DNA of 64,000 nt, from the NCBI GenBank assembly GCA_043806035.1, contig JAZDHK010000005.1, forward strand, positions 2,136-66,135. Direction: 5' to 3'. Each line of letters opens with the position of its first letter. Positions within the stretch are counted from its first letter, which is position 1. The DNA comes from an archaeon. GTDB taxonomy: Archaea > Nanobdellota > Nanobdellia > Woesearchaeales > UBA9642. Shown here piece by piece: positions 21,177 through 30,859 of this stretch. Under the pieces are notes generated by a model. That model did no database searches. It was not told the origin of the DNA and saw only the letters and a program-made list of their open reading frames with translations. A program made the translations under genes and the position numbers.

Positions 21177-21226
21177 CTGGACAAGGCACAACAACCCATA
21201 TAAACAACCAGTTCTTCTCGGCAATC

Positions 21227-24200
21227 ATGTCAAGAACGCTCGCCATTCCCGAGGTCATGGGCGATGCAGCGATCAATATAGCCTTCGATACGATTGCCAG
21301 GGAGAAGCAGGCATTGTTCTTTCTCAATTCCAAACGAAATGCAGAGAGTCTCGCAGAGCGCATCGCAGCCAAGATAAAGGAAGCGCAGCCGAACAATGAC
21401 GTGCTTGCCAAAAAAGCATTGCACCTACCCAAACCGACAAAACAGTGCCAACGCTTGGCCCTCGTCCTGAAAAAGGGAATGGCCTTCCACCACGCAGGCC
21501 TGACGAGCCAGCAAAGAGAACTCATAGAGCAAGGTTTTAGGGAAGGAAACATTAAAATCATTTGTGCGACGCCAACTTTGTGCTTGCATAAAGATGCACT
21601 CATATGGCAAGGTTTGACGGAAAAAAAAGTCTGTGAAATCAAAAAAGGCAACATGGTTTATGCATTAAAAGAAAAAGCTGTAATAAAAGTGCCTGTTTCT
21701 GCAATTCACAAAAACACAGCAACAGGATACCTTACCATCACATCTGTCTCAGGGCATTCGGTGACTGTTACACCCAATCATCGTGTGCTCATAAAGAGAA
21801 ATGGCGAGGTAAAATTAATTCAGGTAAGAGACTGTAAAAAAACAGATTATATCGCAACGCTAGGACTTTTGAGCGTATCTTCCAAAAATGTGCGTCTCTC
21901 TAGATTAGTCAGGGATAATCAACTCCCTTTTTCTGATAAACTGCTGGATCCGAATGATTATTATCTCATCGGAAGTATGTTGGGAGATGGATACTCAGGA
22001 GCAGAATATAGAGGGAAAAAGATAATCTATAAAGGTTCACCATGTATTGTGGGTAACGACCAAGAAATATTTGCCAGGATAAAGGACAAGTGTGCGCAAT
22101 ATGATTTGTTGTGCAAAGCGGATAAGAACTATCACGGGACGAACCAACTCATACTCAGTAAGAAGAAATGGTTCAGAGAATTTCTTTGCCGTGCGGGTAT
22201 ACAAATCCGAGAACAAAAGCACATATGTGTATCTCTCCTCGGAGCGCCTGAATCTTGTGTTCGTGCTCTGCTTCAGGGATTGTTCGATACAGATGGCTAT
22301 GTGCAGCAATACCGCAATGTGGGATTTTCAAACATATCCTGTGTGCTCGTTCGTCAAATGCAGAGACTATTATTACGATGGGGCATAGTAACCAGATTCA
22401 GGCAAAGAAAACCGGGCAAAATGAAAATGTACGGTAAAGAGTATTTAACAAAAATCGGCTACGAGTTAACGATAGTACATAAACTCAGCATCCTTAAATT
22501 CAATGAGTGTGTTGGCTTTTCCGTTGAAAGAAAGAAAAAATCCTTACAAGTAATCGTTGCGAACATAATGGACAACATTCATTACGCACACTGTCCAATT
22601 TGCAAGTATAGAATATACGCTGATCTTTTTACGGGAAGAACTAAAGAACAACAACTTTGGGGAAAACAAAAACACACAATTCTCTCATTCCTTGGGCGAT
22701 ATGGAGAGTTAGCGTCTAATGAGATCATTAAACGTTTGGGAATAGAACCGAGAAAAAAAGACAGACGTCTTAATCATCATTATCAACTCATTACAAAAAG
22801 AAAGAAGGGAGTCATAAGCAAGACAGAATGGTACTGGTCACTAAATGCCATTGGCTCGTATCTTTATAAGCATGACCTGTTCAATAATCTCACTTTGTTT
22901 TTTAAGAGAACGCACTGTCCCCTCTGCGGTACTGAACTTATGATGCGACTAAAATCAGGTTGGAGAACGAAAGACATAGATGGAGACATTTTTTGGGACA
23001 AAATACATTCCCTAGAACCCACCTTTGTTAAGGAAGAATCATATGATGTTGTTCTGTCTACAGACAGGAGTAATGATCACTTGTTTGTAGCGAACGGCAT
23101 ATTTGTTCATAATTCGGCAGGCGTTGACCTTCCTGCTTTTCGCGCGGTCATCCGTGACGTGCAACGGTACGGCAAGCACGGCATGCAGCACATTCCCGTC
23201 CTGGAGTATGAGCAGATGGCGGGCAGGGCGGGCAGGCCGGGCAAGGACGACCACGGTGAGGCAATTCTCATCGCAGCATCCGAGAAGGATAAGCAGCTCC
23301 TCAAGGAAGCATACGTTGATGGGGAAACAGAATCCATTTACAGCAAGCTTGCGGTAGAGCCTATCCTGAGGACGTACTGCCTCAGTCTTATTGCGACGAA
23401 CTACGTCAAGGACGAGAACGAACTAAAGACATTCTTTGCGAAGACGTTCTACGCACACCAGTATGGCGACCTTAAAAAATTGGCAAAATTGCTCGACAAG
23501 ACCATCGCGCGACTGCAGGAATGGCAGTTCTTGCACAACAGCAAGGATGATTTTGTGGGTGCAGACCAGTTGCTCAGAAAAGAGACTGCGCTTGCGGCAA
23601 CCCTGTTCGGCAAGAGGACATCAGAGCTCTATCTTGACCCGTATACGGCACGGTTCTTGCTGGACTGCATACTCACCACGAGAAAGAGAACGCCGAGCGT
23701 CTTTTCCTACCTGCATGTCCTGTGCTCCTGCTTGGAAATGCGGCCGCTGCTCAGAGTGAAAGTTGCTGACATGGACACGCTGCAGGCAAAAATAACCCTG
23801 CACAGCGAGGAGCTCTTAGTGAAAGAACCCTCGTATTATGACGAGGAGTACGATGCCTTCCTACAGTCATGCAAGACGGCGCTGTTTTTCATGGACTGGA
23901 TTAATGAAATGAATGAGGATGATTTGTTGAACACGTATGATGTCCGTCCTGGTGAGATTCGCGCAAAACTCGACATTGCAGACTGGCTACTCTACGCGAT
24001 GGAAGAATTGGCACGCATCAGCAAGAACCTCGGTGTCATCGCAGATGTGCGAAAGCTCAGAGTGCGGTTGAAGCACGGCGCTAGGGAGGAATTGCTACCC
24101 CTACTCAAATTGAAGGGCATAGGCAGGGTGCGGGCGAGACTGCTCTTCAAGAACGGCGTCAAGGACATTGGCGGCGTAAAAGAGGCGAGCACGACGACGC

Positions 24201-24322
24201 TTGGCCAGTTGCTCGGCAAGGCCATTGCAGAGGACATCAAGAAGCAAGTTGGTGAGGACATCCCCGAAGAAGTGAGCCCTCGCAAGCGCAAAGGCCAGAT
24301 GTCGATGGACAAGTACGAATGA
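21227..24322 (+). CDS. hel308: Ski2/Hel308-like helicase, C-terminal part only (RecA2, winged helix, ratchet, HhH), intein-containing
   Basis: QALFFLNSKR (motif IV), AFHHAGL, ATPTL|intein|SAGVDLPA (motif V), QMAGRAGRPG (motif VI), LKGIGRVRARLLF (HhH). No Walker A or DExH box. Confidence 0.9.
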   Translation: MSRTLAIPEVMGDAAINIAFDTIAREKQALFFLNSKRNAESLAERIAAKIKEAQPNNDVLAKKALHLPKPTKQCQRLALVLKKGMAFHHAGLTSQQRELIEQGFREGNIKIICATPTLCLHKDALIWQGLTEKKVCEIKKGNMVYALKEKAVIKVPVSAIHKNTATGYLTITSVSGHSVTVTPNHRVLIKRNGEVKLIQVRDCKKTDYIATLGLLSVSSKNVRLSRLVRDNQLPFSDKLLDPNDYYLIGSMLGDGYSGAEYRGKKIIYKGSPCIVGNDQEIFARIKDKCAQYDLLCKADKNYHGTNQLILSKKKWFREFLCRAGIQIREQKHICVSLLGAPESCVRALLQGLFDTDGYVQQYRNVGFSNISCVLVRQMQRLLLRWGIVTRFRQRKPGKMKMYGKEYLTKIGYELTIVHKLSILKFNECVGFSVERKKKSLQVIVANIMDNIHYAHCPICKYRIYADLFTGRTKEQQLWGKQKHTILSFLGRYGELASNEIIKRLGIEPRKKDRRLNHHYQLITKRKKGVISKTEWYWSLNAIGSYLYKHDLFNNLTLFFKRTHCPLCGTELMMRLKSGWRTKDIDGDIFWDKIHSLEPTFVKEESYDVVLSTDRSNDHLFVANGIFVHNSAGVDLPAFRAVIRDVQRYGKHGMQHIPVLEYEQMAGRAGRPGKDDHGEAILIAASEKDKQLLKEAYVDGETESIYSKLAVEPILRTYCLSLIATNYVKDENELKTFFAKTFYAHQYGDLKKLAKLLDKTIARLQEWQFLHNSKDDFVGADQLLRKETALAATLFGKRTSELYLDPYTARFLLDCILTTRKRTPSVFSYLHVLCSCLEMRPLLRVKVADMDTLQAKITLHSEELLVKEPSYYDEEYDAFLQSCKTALFFMDWINEMNEDDLLNTYDVRPGEIRAKLDIADWLLYAMEELARISKNLGVIADVRKLRVRLKHGAREELLPLLKLKGIGRVRARLLFKNGVKDIGGVKEASTTTLGQLLGKAIAEDIKKQVGEDIPEEVSPRKRKGQMSMDKYE
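21581..23113 (+). mobile_element. Intein (511 aa) with LAGLIDADG homing endonuclease
   Basis: Starts CLHKDALI, block B TVTPNHRV, endonuclease motifs LIGSMLGDG and LLQGLFDTDG, ends ANGIFVHN followed by Ser+1. Visibly AT-richer than the exteins. Confidence 0.95.
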
Positions 24323-24364
24323 TGTGTGCGAATGATTTAAATATTTCTGCACGTCTCTTGCACT

Positions 24365-24565
24365 ATGAGCTTGGTCGGTATATTGCGAGAGTACGCTATC
24401 ATTCCTGGAACGTACGAGCAGGGAACGAGGAAGCCAGGCCTGTTCTTGAACAAACTCTATGGACTGAGGGACTCGTTCAGGAATAGCGTGTACGGACAGC
24501 AGGCAGAGTATTACTTCTTGAAGATACAAGAAACGTGGAATTCCTTACGACCGAACAACCCATAA
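24365..24565 (+). CDS. Small hypothetical protein (66 aa)
   Basis: TTTAAATA box begins 29 nt before the ATG, the spacing seen at other genes here. Convergent overlap with NMD3. Confidence 0.5.
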   Translation: MSLVGILREYAIIPGTYEQGTRKPGLFLNKLYGLRDSFRNSVYGQQAEYYFLKIQETWNSLRPNNP

Positions 24566-25486
24566 TCCGCCGTGAAGGATGACCTGCACGGTATGGCCGA
24601 GGACGCACTCTTTCTTGTCTGCATGCACGATAGGCTCGCTCTGAAATGTCAAGGGGTGCATGGCCTCGAGGTGTGGACGAATTTTTGTTATGGTCGTTGT
24701 ATAGACGGCCAGTATTGTTGGTGTATGAGGGATGCGGATGCTCGTGCTTGATCCCGACTGCACATTCTTCACTTTGAAACTCTTGCCCGTATTGATGACC
24801 TCGAAGGGAAGGTGGTTGTGCAGGAAAAACGTCCCTTTTTTCAATGCGGGAAAGTTGAGGATGATGTTGAGCCTGAAAATGTCTCTGCTCGATTGTGTAT
24901 TTCTGGAAAAGAGTTGTGCGTGTCTCTCGTACGTTCCTCCGAACGCAGCGCGAAGATGCTTTGCCAGGGCATCAATGGCCTTTCGCGGGCTGAGATAGAG
25001 GTCGATGCCGTTCTGTACGTGCACTTCTTTGGCGAGATGCGCACGTTCTCTCTTCAGCATGGCTTTTGCCCTGCCGATGATGTGCTCATCTGCATTGCGT
25101 AGTTGCAGTACCCCCTCATAGTACGTTCCTGTCTTCATATCTGGGCTGTTCCTGCCCCAAAACTTCGCAGGGATATCTGCGTACTGGTTGCCGATCTTCA
25201 CCGTCAGCAAGATAGGGAAGAGCTGACCGTCCTTCACCTCAGTTAGTGTAGGCGTGGTATTTACGAGCGTGATGCGCTGTTTGGTCTTGATTGCTTGCTG
25301 TGCAGTTTTCTCGATAGCCTCAGTGACATCCTTGCAGGACTTCCAGGAATTTCCCACAAGGTATTTCATCGAGGGACTCACGGTGATGGTGATATCTTTG
25401 TACGTGAATTCTCGAGAGGGTGCACAGTCTGCACAGAACGTCTCCTTGCGTGTCGTTTCTTTTCCGCAGCGTGGGCAGAAGCGCAT
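24545..25486 (-). CDS. nmd3: NMD3-family ribosome biogenesis protein
   Basis: MRFCPRCGK...FCADC zinc knuckles, YYEGVLQLRN, NGIDLY. Confidence 0.85.
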   Translation of the reverse strand: MRFCPRCGKETTRKETFCADCAPSREFTYKDITITVSPSMKYLVGNSWKSCKDVTEAIEKTAQQAIKTKQRITLVNTTPTLTEVKDGQLFPILLTVKIGNQYADIPAKFWGRNSPDMKTGTYYEGVLQLRNADEHIIGRAKAMLKRERAHLAKEVHVQNGIDLYLSPRKAIDALAKHLRAAFGGTYERHAQLFSRNTQSSRDIFRLNIILNFPALKKGTFFLHNHLPFEVINTGKSFKVKNVQSGSSTSIRIPHTPTILAVYTTTITKIRPHLEAMHPLTFQSEPIVHADKKECVLGHTVQVILHGGLWVVRS

Positions 25487-25560
25487 ACGCCAAGAGAAGA
25501 AGGTGTTTCTTTTAAACGTTTACGAAATCTTTATAAGAACTTCCCCTTTTTTGCAGGCCC

Positions 25561-26172
25561 ATGAAGAAACGCGCTCCGCCAAAGCACGACGATCATTGGC
25601 TCAAGAAAGCATGGTATTTCATCTGGTACGACAACAGTCCCTTGAGCTGGGCAGTCAACATCCTGCTCGCATTCGTACTCATCAAATTCGTCATCTACCC
25701 CGGCATAGGACTCTTGTTCGGGACGAGCTTGCCGGTAGTCGCTGTCGTAAGCACGAGCATGGAACATCAAGGAAACTTCGACCAGTGGTGGCAGACACAC
25801 CAAGAATTCTACGTGCAGCGCAACATCTCAGAGCAGCAGTTCAGGACGTTCATCTTCGTGCACGGCTTCAACAAAGGAGACATCATGGTGCTCATCGGCA
25901 AGAAACCAACAGAAATAACGCAGGGTGATGTCATCGTCTTCCAGGCAAGAAAACCCTATCCTATCATCCACCGGGTCGTTGCAATACATGACGGCTTTTT
26001 TGAGACGAAGGGAGACAACAACCTGCAGCAAATAGTGAGCCTCGACCTTAACGAACAGTACGTCACCACCCAGCAGCTCATAGGAAAGGCAGTCTTCAGA
26101 ATCCCCCTGCTCGGCTGGGTCAAGATATGGTTTGTCGATTTCTTAGGATTGTTCGGCGTGCCTGCGTTCTGA
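25561..26172 (+). CDS. Signal peptidase I (archaeal Sec11-type)
   Basis: VVSTSMEH, GDIM, PIIHRV, TKGDNN, RIPLLGWVK. Confidence 0.92.
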   Translation: MKKRAPPKHDDHWLKKAWYFIWYDNSPLSWAVNILLAFVLIKFVIYPGIGLLFGTSLPVVAVVSTSMEHQGNFDQWWQTHQEFYVQRNISEQQFRTFIFVHGFNKGDIMVLIGKKPTEITQGDVIVFQARKPYPIIHRVVAIHDGFFETKGDNNLQQIVSLDLNEQYVTTQQLIGKAVFRIPLLGWVKIWFVDFLGLFGVPAF

Positions 26173-26213
26173 CTTCCGTAACTTTTTTAAAGGAAGAGGA
26201 AACTGGCATTCGT

Positions 26214-26531
26214 ATGCTGTTCTGCCCGAAATGCAAGAGTCTCCTCAAGCCGAGAAGTGAGGGTGGCAAGAGAATCCTCGGATGCAGCTGCGGGTACAAG
26301 GAAAAGAATCCACAGCAGCAGGAATTCAAGGAAAAGGTCAAGGATGCCCTTGGTGTTGCGGTCATTGAAAAGGAAGATGAGCAGGCACTGCCGGTCATCG
26401 ATGCGGACTGCCCCAAATGCCATCACACCAAGGCCCAGTTCTGGACCATACAAACCAGGGCCAGCGATGAGCCAGAAACAAAATTCTTGAAGTGCGAACA
26501 GTGCAAGCACGTGTGGAGAGACTACAGTTGA
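26214..26531 (+). CDS. tfs: Transcription factor S (TFS/RpoM)
   Basis: MLFCPKCKSLL, CPKC, QTRASDEPET, CEQCKHVWR. Confidence 0.95.
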   Translation: MLFCPKCKSLLKPRSEGGKRILGCSCGYKEKNPQQQEFKEKVKDALGVAVIEKEDEQALPVIDADCPKCHHTKAQFWTIQTRASDEPETKFLKCEQCKHVWRDYS

Positions 26532-26758
26532 CCCTGCTTCCCCGTTTCTTTTATGTCCAGGTGAAGACGAACAGGCCAAAGACAAAAATCACGGCATACG
26601 ATGAATCCTCGAACACGCTTTTTCTCGACGTGCACGCCCCGCCTGAGAGGGGAAAGGCAAATGCAGAACTCCAAAAGTACTTGCGTAAAGAGATCGGCAA
26701 ACAGGTCACCATCAAGTCAGGACTGACGAGCAAGCGCAAACTTATCGTAGTATCTTGA
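26528..26758 (+). CDS. DUF167/YggU-family protein
   Basis: VHAPPERGKANAEL and IKSGLTSKRK. TTG start overlaps the tfs stop. Confidence 0.85.
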   Translation: MTLLPRFFYVQVKTNRPKTKITAYDESSNTLFLDVHAPPERGKANAELQKYLRKEIGKQVTIKSGLTSKRKLIVVS

Positions 26759-27359
26759 GTCTTCGCTGGTCCTCGAGAATGAGCTGATGAATGGTAGGAA
26801 TGTCCTGTGTGCCATCGATGACCATGGCGCTCTCGGGGAAAAGTGCAGGCAATGCATCGTATGCATCAATGACTTTGCGCGTGAATACAGGATCTGATTC
26901 GAGCCTATCGAGCGATTTTCCCGACTGCCGTAAGCGTTCCTCAACGACGGTGTAGGGAATTCTAAAGAGATAACCACGCAAGGGCGTAATACAGTCCGCA
27001 AAGCTGGACAGCCAAAGAATGTCCTCGATAGGCACACCGCGTGCGTGCTGGTAGGCGAGTGTTGACCAATAGGATCTATCCTGGACAACTACCTGCCCCT
27101 TCTCAAGCAAAGGTTTCAATTGTAGGTTTGTAATCGCCCGTGACGCAGTATAGAGCAATGTTTCGCATTGTGGTGTGATGTCTGTATTCTCTTTATCGAG
27201 TAGAATCGTCCGTATCTTCTCTGCGGACAGCGACCCGCCTGGCTCGCGCCATCGCTCATAGGCTATACCTTGTTGTTTGTATACTTCGAGAAGAAGATTG
27301 AACTGTTTTGATTTTCCACAACCATCGACCCCTTCGAAAAAAATGAGCGCTCCTGTCAT
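26742..27359 (-). CDS. tmk: Thymidylate kinase
   Basis: FEGVDGCGKS, REPGG, DRSYWSTLAYQ. Confidence 0.95.
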   Translation of the reverse strand: MTGALIFFEGVDGCGKSKQFNLLLEVYKQQGIAYERWREPGGSLSAEKIRTILLDKENTDITPQCETLLYTASRAITNLQLKPLLEKGQVVVQDRSYWSTLAYQHARGVPIEDILWLSSFADCITPLRGYLFRIPYTVVEERLRQSGKSLDRLESDPVFTRKVIDAYDALPALFPESAMVIDGTQDIPTIHQLILEDQRRLKILR

Positions 27360-27386
27360 CCCTGCTGAAGGAGTATTGTAGTGCAT

Positions 27387-27896
27387 TTAAACATTTCTCT
27401 CCTCTGGGCTACAACACCTTGTCACGATGTCTTGAACGATGGTCTGTACTGGTTGTGTGGCATCTATGTTCTTTCCATATTCGAAGCGGTTCACGAGCAT
27501 GTGCACTGCCCTTGCCGCATCTTCCCCATAGCCGTTCTTGCGCGCCGTATCACGCGCTATGCAGGCATCCACTGGAGCAGTGAGAGTGAAGACATACCCT
27601 GGAACAGGCATCTCTCCTATGAGTTCATCTATGTTCTCCTTATGATAAAAGCAACCGTCGATGACTACCGGCTTTGTCTTGAGTGCCGTTCGTATGTGCG
27701 GCAACATGATTGCTTGTGCTTTGCGGAACTGCTCTGCAGGGATGCACGGCTCATCTTTAGGGACGAGATCAAGCTTGTGCTCGACCATAACCGCATCAAG
27801 TGCTATGTACGCTGCATGGAGTTGCTTCGCGACCGCTTGTGCTATTGTCGTTTTGCCAACGCCCAAAGGACCGCGGATGAGGACATAGTAGCTCAT
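27387..27896 (-). CDS. Small P-loop kinase/ATPase (nucleotide-kinase-like)
   Basis: LIRGPLGVGKTT, VVIDG, CIARDTAR lid. Confidence 0.8.
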   Translation of the reverse strand: MSYYVLIRGPLGVGKTTIAQAVAKQLHAAYIALDAVMVEHKLDLVPKDEPCIPAEQFRKAQAIMLPHIRTALKTKPVVIDGCFYHKENIDELIGEMPVPGYVFTLTAPVDACIARDTARKNGYGEDAARAVHMLVNRFEYGKNIDATQPVQTIVQDIVTRCCSPEERNV

Positions 27897-27947
27897 GCAC
27901 TAAGGATCGCCTATACCTATATAAATCATGCTCTTCTTCCAGGCAGC

Positions 27948-30035
27948 ATGTGCGGCATTGTCGGTTGTCAGAACGAGCATGCAGATGAACTCCTGAGGAA
28001 AGGGCTTATGACGCTCCACTATAGAGGCAAGGATGGCGTTGGTGTTGCCTCCGCACGAGCCAGAAGCACAGCAGCATCTCTCTCTCATCTCGATTTTTCC
28101 TGCAAGGACAACATCATGTTCGGGCACACGCTGCATGCCATTGTTGATGTAGTGCCGCAACCGTTTCTGGGAAAGGGCATGCTGGTGGTGAATGGTGAAA
28201 TCTATAATTGGAAAGAGCTAGCGGAAAAATGTGGCAGGCATGCCGTGAATGATGCAGAACTGCTCTTCCAGCTTCTCGAGCAGAAAACTCTTGAGCAGAT
28301 TCCTGCACTCATTGAAGAATTGGATGGCGATTACGCCTTCGCATACGCACGTGAAGGTAAAATCATTCTTGCCAGGGACATCATCGGCGTGAAGCCGCTC
28401 TGGATTGCACAGCCATTCGCCTTCGCTTCAGAACGGAAAGCACTCTATGCCATGGGCTTTGCATATGCAGAAGAGCTCAATCCACGACAGATACTTATCT
28501 ATGATACAGCAACAAAGACCACAACGGCAATACAACGGAATTTCTTCATCGAACATCCAGAACTGGACCTGCCAAAACAGGCCATCATCGATCAATTGCA
28601 TGTCCTTTTCGAGCAAGCAGTACAGAAACGAATTCCCGAGCAAAAGCTCGGCATACTCTTCTCCGGAGGCATAGATTCTACATTGCTTGCTTGGTTCTGC
28701 AAAAAACACGCCATTCCATTCACGTGCTACACTGCGGCCGTCAGCGAGACTGCTGAGGATCTTGTCTGGTCGAGAAAAGTGGCACAGGAACTGGACTTTC
28801 CGCTCAAGGAAATCATCATCGACAAGGACGACCTTCCTGCATTGCTCAAGGAACTAGTCCCTCTCATTGAGTCATCGAACGTCGTGAAAGTTGGCGTTGC
28901 CCTTCCCTTGTTTTGTGCGACACGGCTCGCGAAGGAAGACCATGTCAAAATTCTTTTTTCTGGGTTAGGCAGCGAGGAACTCTTTGCGGGTTATGAACGT
29001 CACCTGCGTGCAACGAACATTAACAAAGAATGCATTGCCGGGCTGAGGAAAGTGTACGAGCGGGACTTGTACAGGGATGACGTACTCACCATGTACAACA
29101 CGATAGAGCTCCGCGTCCCTTTTCTTGACAGAGCCCTTGTCGACTTTGCCGTGCGCATCCCTGCACAATACAAAATAGTCGGCATGCACAAAAAACACAT
29201 TTTGCGCGAGCTTGCCCTGCAGCAAGGCCTGCCAGAACACGTAGCGTTCCGGCCGAAGCGGGCGGCGCAGTACGGCAGCAAGTTCGATGCGGCACTCGAG
29301 AAGCTAGCAAAGCAGAACAGGCAAAACAAGTCTGCCTACCTCAAGCAGTATTACGACCACAATCTTCGGCTCGGCGTGCTGTTCTCGACGGGGAAGGACA
29401 GCAATTACGCCCTGTATATCATGCAGCAGCAGAATTACGACGTCACCTGTCTCATCACGATCAGTTCAGAGAATCCTGACTCGTACATGTATCACACGCC
29501 CACTATTTATTTGGCGAAGGAACAGGCGGACTGCTTGGGCTTGCCATTGCTGGTGAAAGAGACTGCGGGTGAGAAGGAAGAGGAGTTGGTCGAGTTGGAG
29601 CAGGCTATCCGCGAGGCGAAAGAGCAGTATGCACTAGATGGAATTGTGACAGGAGCACTGTATTCTACGTATCAGCGTGACAGGATTGAGCGTGTCTGCG
29701 AGAAGCTCGGCCTGAAAGTATTCCATCCACTCTGGCACAAACAACAGGAAGAGGTGATGCGTCAGCTCATCGACGACGGCTTCCAGTTTATTCTTACCAA
29801 GGTTGCTGCAGAAGGCCTTGACAAATCTTGGTTGGGCAGGGTCATTACGCACGATGATGTGGACAGGCTCGTTGTGCTGAGCAGGCAGTACGATATCAAT
29901 GTTGCAGGAGAGGGAGGGGAGTTTGAAAGTTTCGTGCTCTACGGGCCGCTGTTCAAGAAAGCGCTCACCATAAAAAAATCGCACGTACGCAAAGATGGGG
30001 CGGCATATGAACTCGTCATCGACGAGCATGCATGA
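27948..30035 (+). CDS. Fusion of glutamine-dependent asparagine synthetase B and diphthine-ammonia ligase (Dph6)
   Basis: MCGIVG (Ntn Cys), NGEIYN, FSGGIDS, GSEELFAGY, ELRVPFLD. The same frame continues FSTGKDS, DSYMYHT, STYQRDR, PLWH, GEGGEFES. TATA lies about 30 nt before ATG 27948. Confidence 0.92.
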   Translation: MCGIVGCQNEHADELLRKGLMTLHYRGKDGVGVASARARSTAASLSHLDFSCKDNIMFGHTLHAIVDVVPQPFLGKGMLVVNGEIYNWKELAEKCGRHAVNDAELLFQLLEQKTLEQIPALIEELDGDYAFAYAREGKIILARDIIGVKPLWIAQPFAFASERKALYAMGFAYAEELNPRQILIYDTATKTTTAIQRNFFIEHPELDLPKQAIIDQLHVLFEQAVQKRIPEQKLGILFSGGIDSTLLAWFCKKHAIPFTCYTAAVSETAEDLVWSRKVAQELDFPLKEIIIDKDDLPALLKELVPLIESSNVVKVGVALPLFCATRLAKEDHVKILFSGLGSEELFAGYERHLRATNINKECIAGLRKVYERDLYRDDVLTMYNTIELRVPFLDRALVDFAVRIPAQYKIVGMHKKHILRELALQQGLPEHVAFRPKRAAQYGSKFDAALEKLAKQNRQNKSAYLKQYYDHNLRLGVLFSTGKDSNYALYIMQQQNYDVTCLITISSENPDSYMYHTPTIYLAKEQADCLGLPLLVKETAGEKEEELVELEQAIREAKEQYALDGIVTGALYSTYQRDRIERVCEKLGLKVFHPLWHKQQEEVMRQLIDDGFQFILTKVAAEGLDKSWLGRVITHDDVDRLVVLSRQYDINVAGEGGEFESFVLYGPLFKKALTIKKSHVRKDGAAYELVIDEHA

Positions 30036-30377
30036 CTACCACTCCTCGATTCGTTTCTCGACGGTGTCGCTCCACTGCTTGATGATATGCTTCACCGTCA
30101 TGCGCACGAGTTTCTTGTCTGCGCGATACGTGAATTGGTAGCCTCCTCCGTGCAGGTTCTCTTGGAATCTGCTGATGAGTTTCTTCTCGTGCAGTTTCTT
30201 GAGCGTCCGCTGGACCGTGCTCTGGTCAAGACCGAGCTTTATTGCTATGTCTTGTGAGGAGAGCGTCTTTTCTTGAGATGAAAGCAGGTGCAAAACCGCG
30301 TAATCTCCTTTGGTGAGGTTAAGGCTGCACTTGACGATGTCCTCTATCCTGAAGTGCTTGCAGGCAAAATCGATCAT
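30036..30377 (-). CDS. Winged-helix transcriptional regulator (TrmB/COG3355-like)
   Basis: [34 protein letters not shown] wing, two N-terminal Cys. ATGA overlap with thioredoxin. Confidence 0.85.
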   Translation of the reverse strand: MIDFACKHFRIEDIVKCSLNLTKGDYAVLHLLSSQEKTLSSQDIAIKLGLDQSTVQRTLKKLHEKKLISRFQENLHGGGYQFTYRADKKLVRMTVKHIIKQWSDTVEKRIEEW

Positions 30378-30694
30378 GCTTTCACGAATGTTTGCAGCTT
30401 CTGCTTGAGCAGAGATGCCGGTGCGAAGCCGACAATTCTGTCCACTTCCTTGCCGTTCTTGACGATGACGAGTGAGGGTATGCCTCGTATTCCGAATTTT
30501 TCTGCCAGGAGCGGCTCCTCATCGACATTGATTTTGCCGAATCGTAATTGAGGAAGTTCTTTGCTGAGCTGTTCGAAGACAGGTGCCATCATCCTGCATG
30601 GTCCGCACCATTCTGCCCAGAAGTCGAGGACGACGGGCTGTGTGGATTCCGTCACGTTTTTGTCAAATGTTGTGGTGGTGATGTTCGTTACCAT
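30374..30694 (-). CDS. trxA: Thioredoxin
   Basis: [14 protein letters not shown]. Confidence 0.97.
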   Translation of the reverse strand: MVTNITTTTFDKNVTESTQPVVLDFWAEWCGPCRMMAPVFEQLSKELPQLRFGKINVDEEPLLAEKFGIRGIPSLVIVKNGKEVDRIVGFAPASLLKQKLQTFVKA

Positions 30695-30859
30695 GGTGTC
30701 CTCCTCTGCTGTTCATCTTTCACTATTTTTTTTACTATAGTAATTCTTTTACAGTACTGTGAGAAATTGGCAGTTATATTTAAAGGTGGTGGAGTGCTGA
30801 TATTTTTTCTGTGCTGGTGCAGCACTGCTTCGCAAGCTTTAAAAACATGCCCTCCACAA

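Noticed and set aside
27381..27947. N-terminal extension of the 884-aa ORF, and similar extensions on the FNR, hydG, purA, tgt and SPFH ORFs
   Set aside because: They overlap real opposite-strand or upstream genes or promoter regions. AsnB needs Cys at position 2, and a TATA box precedes ATG 27948.
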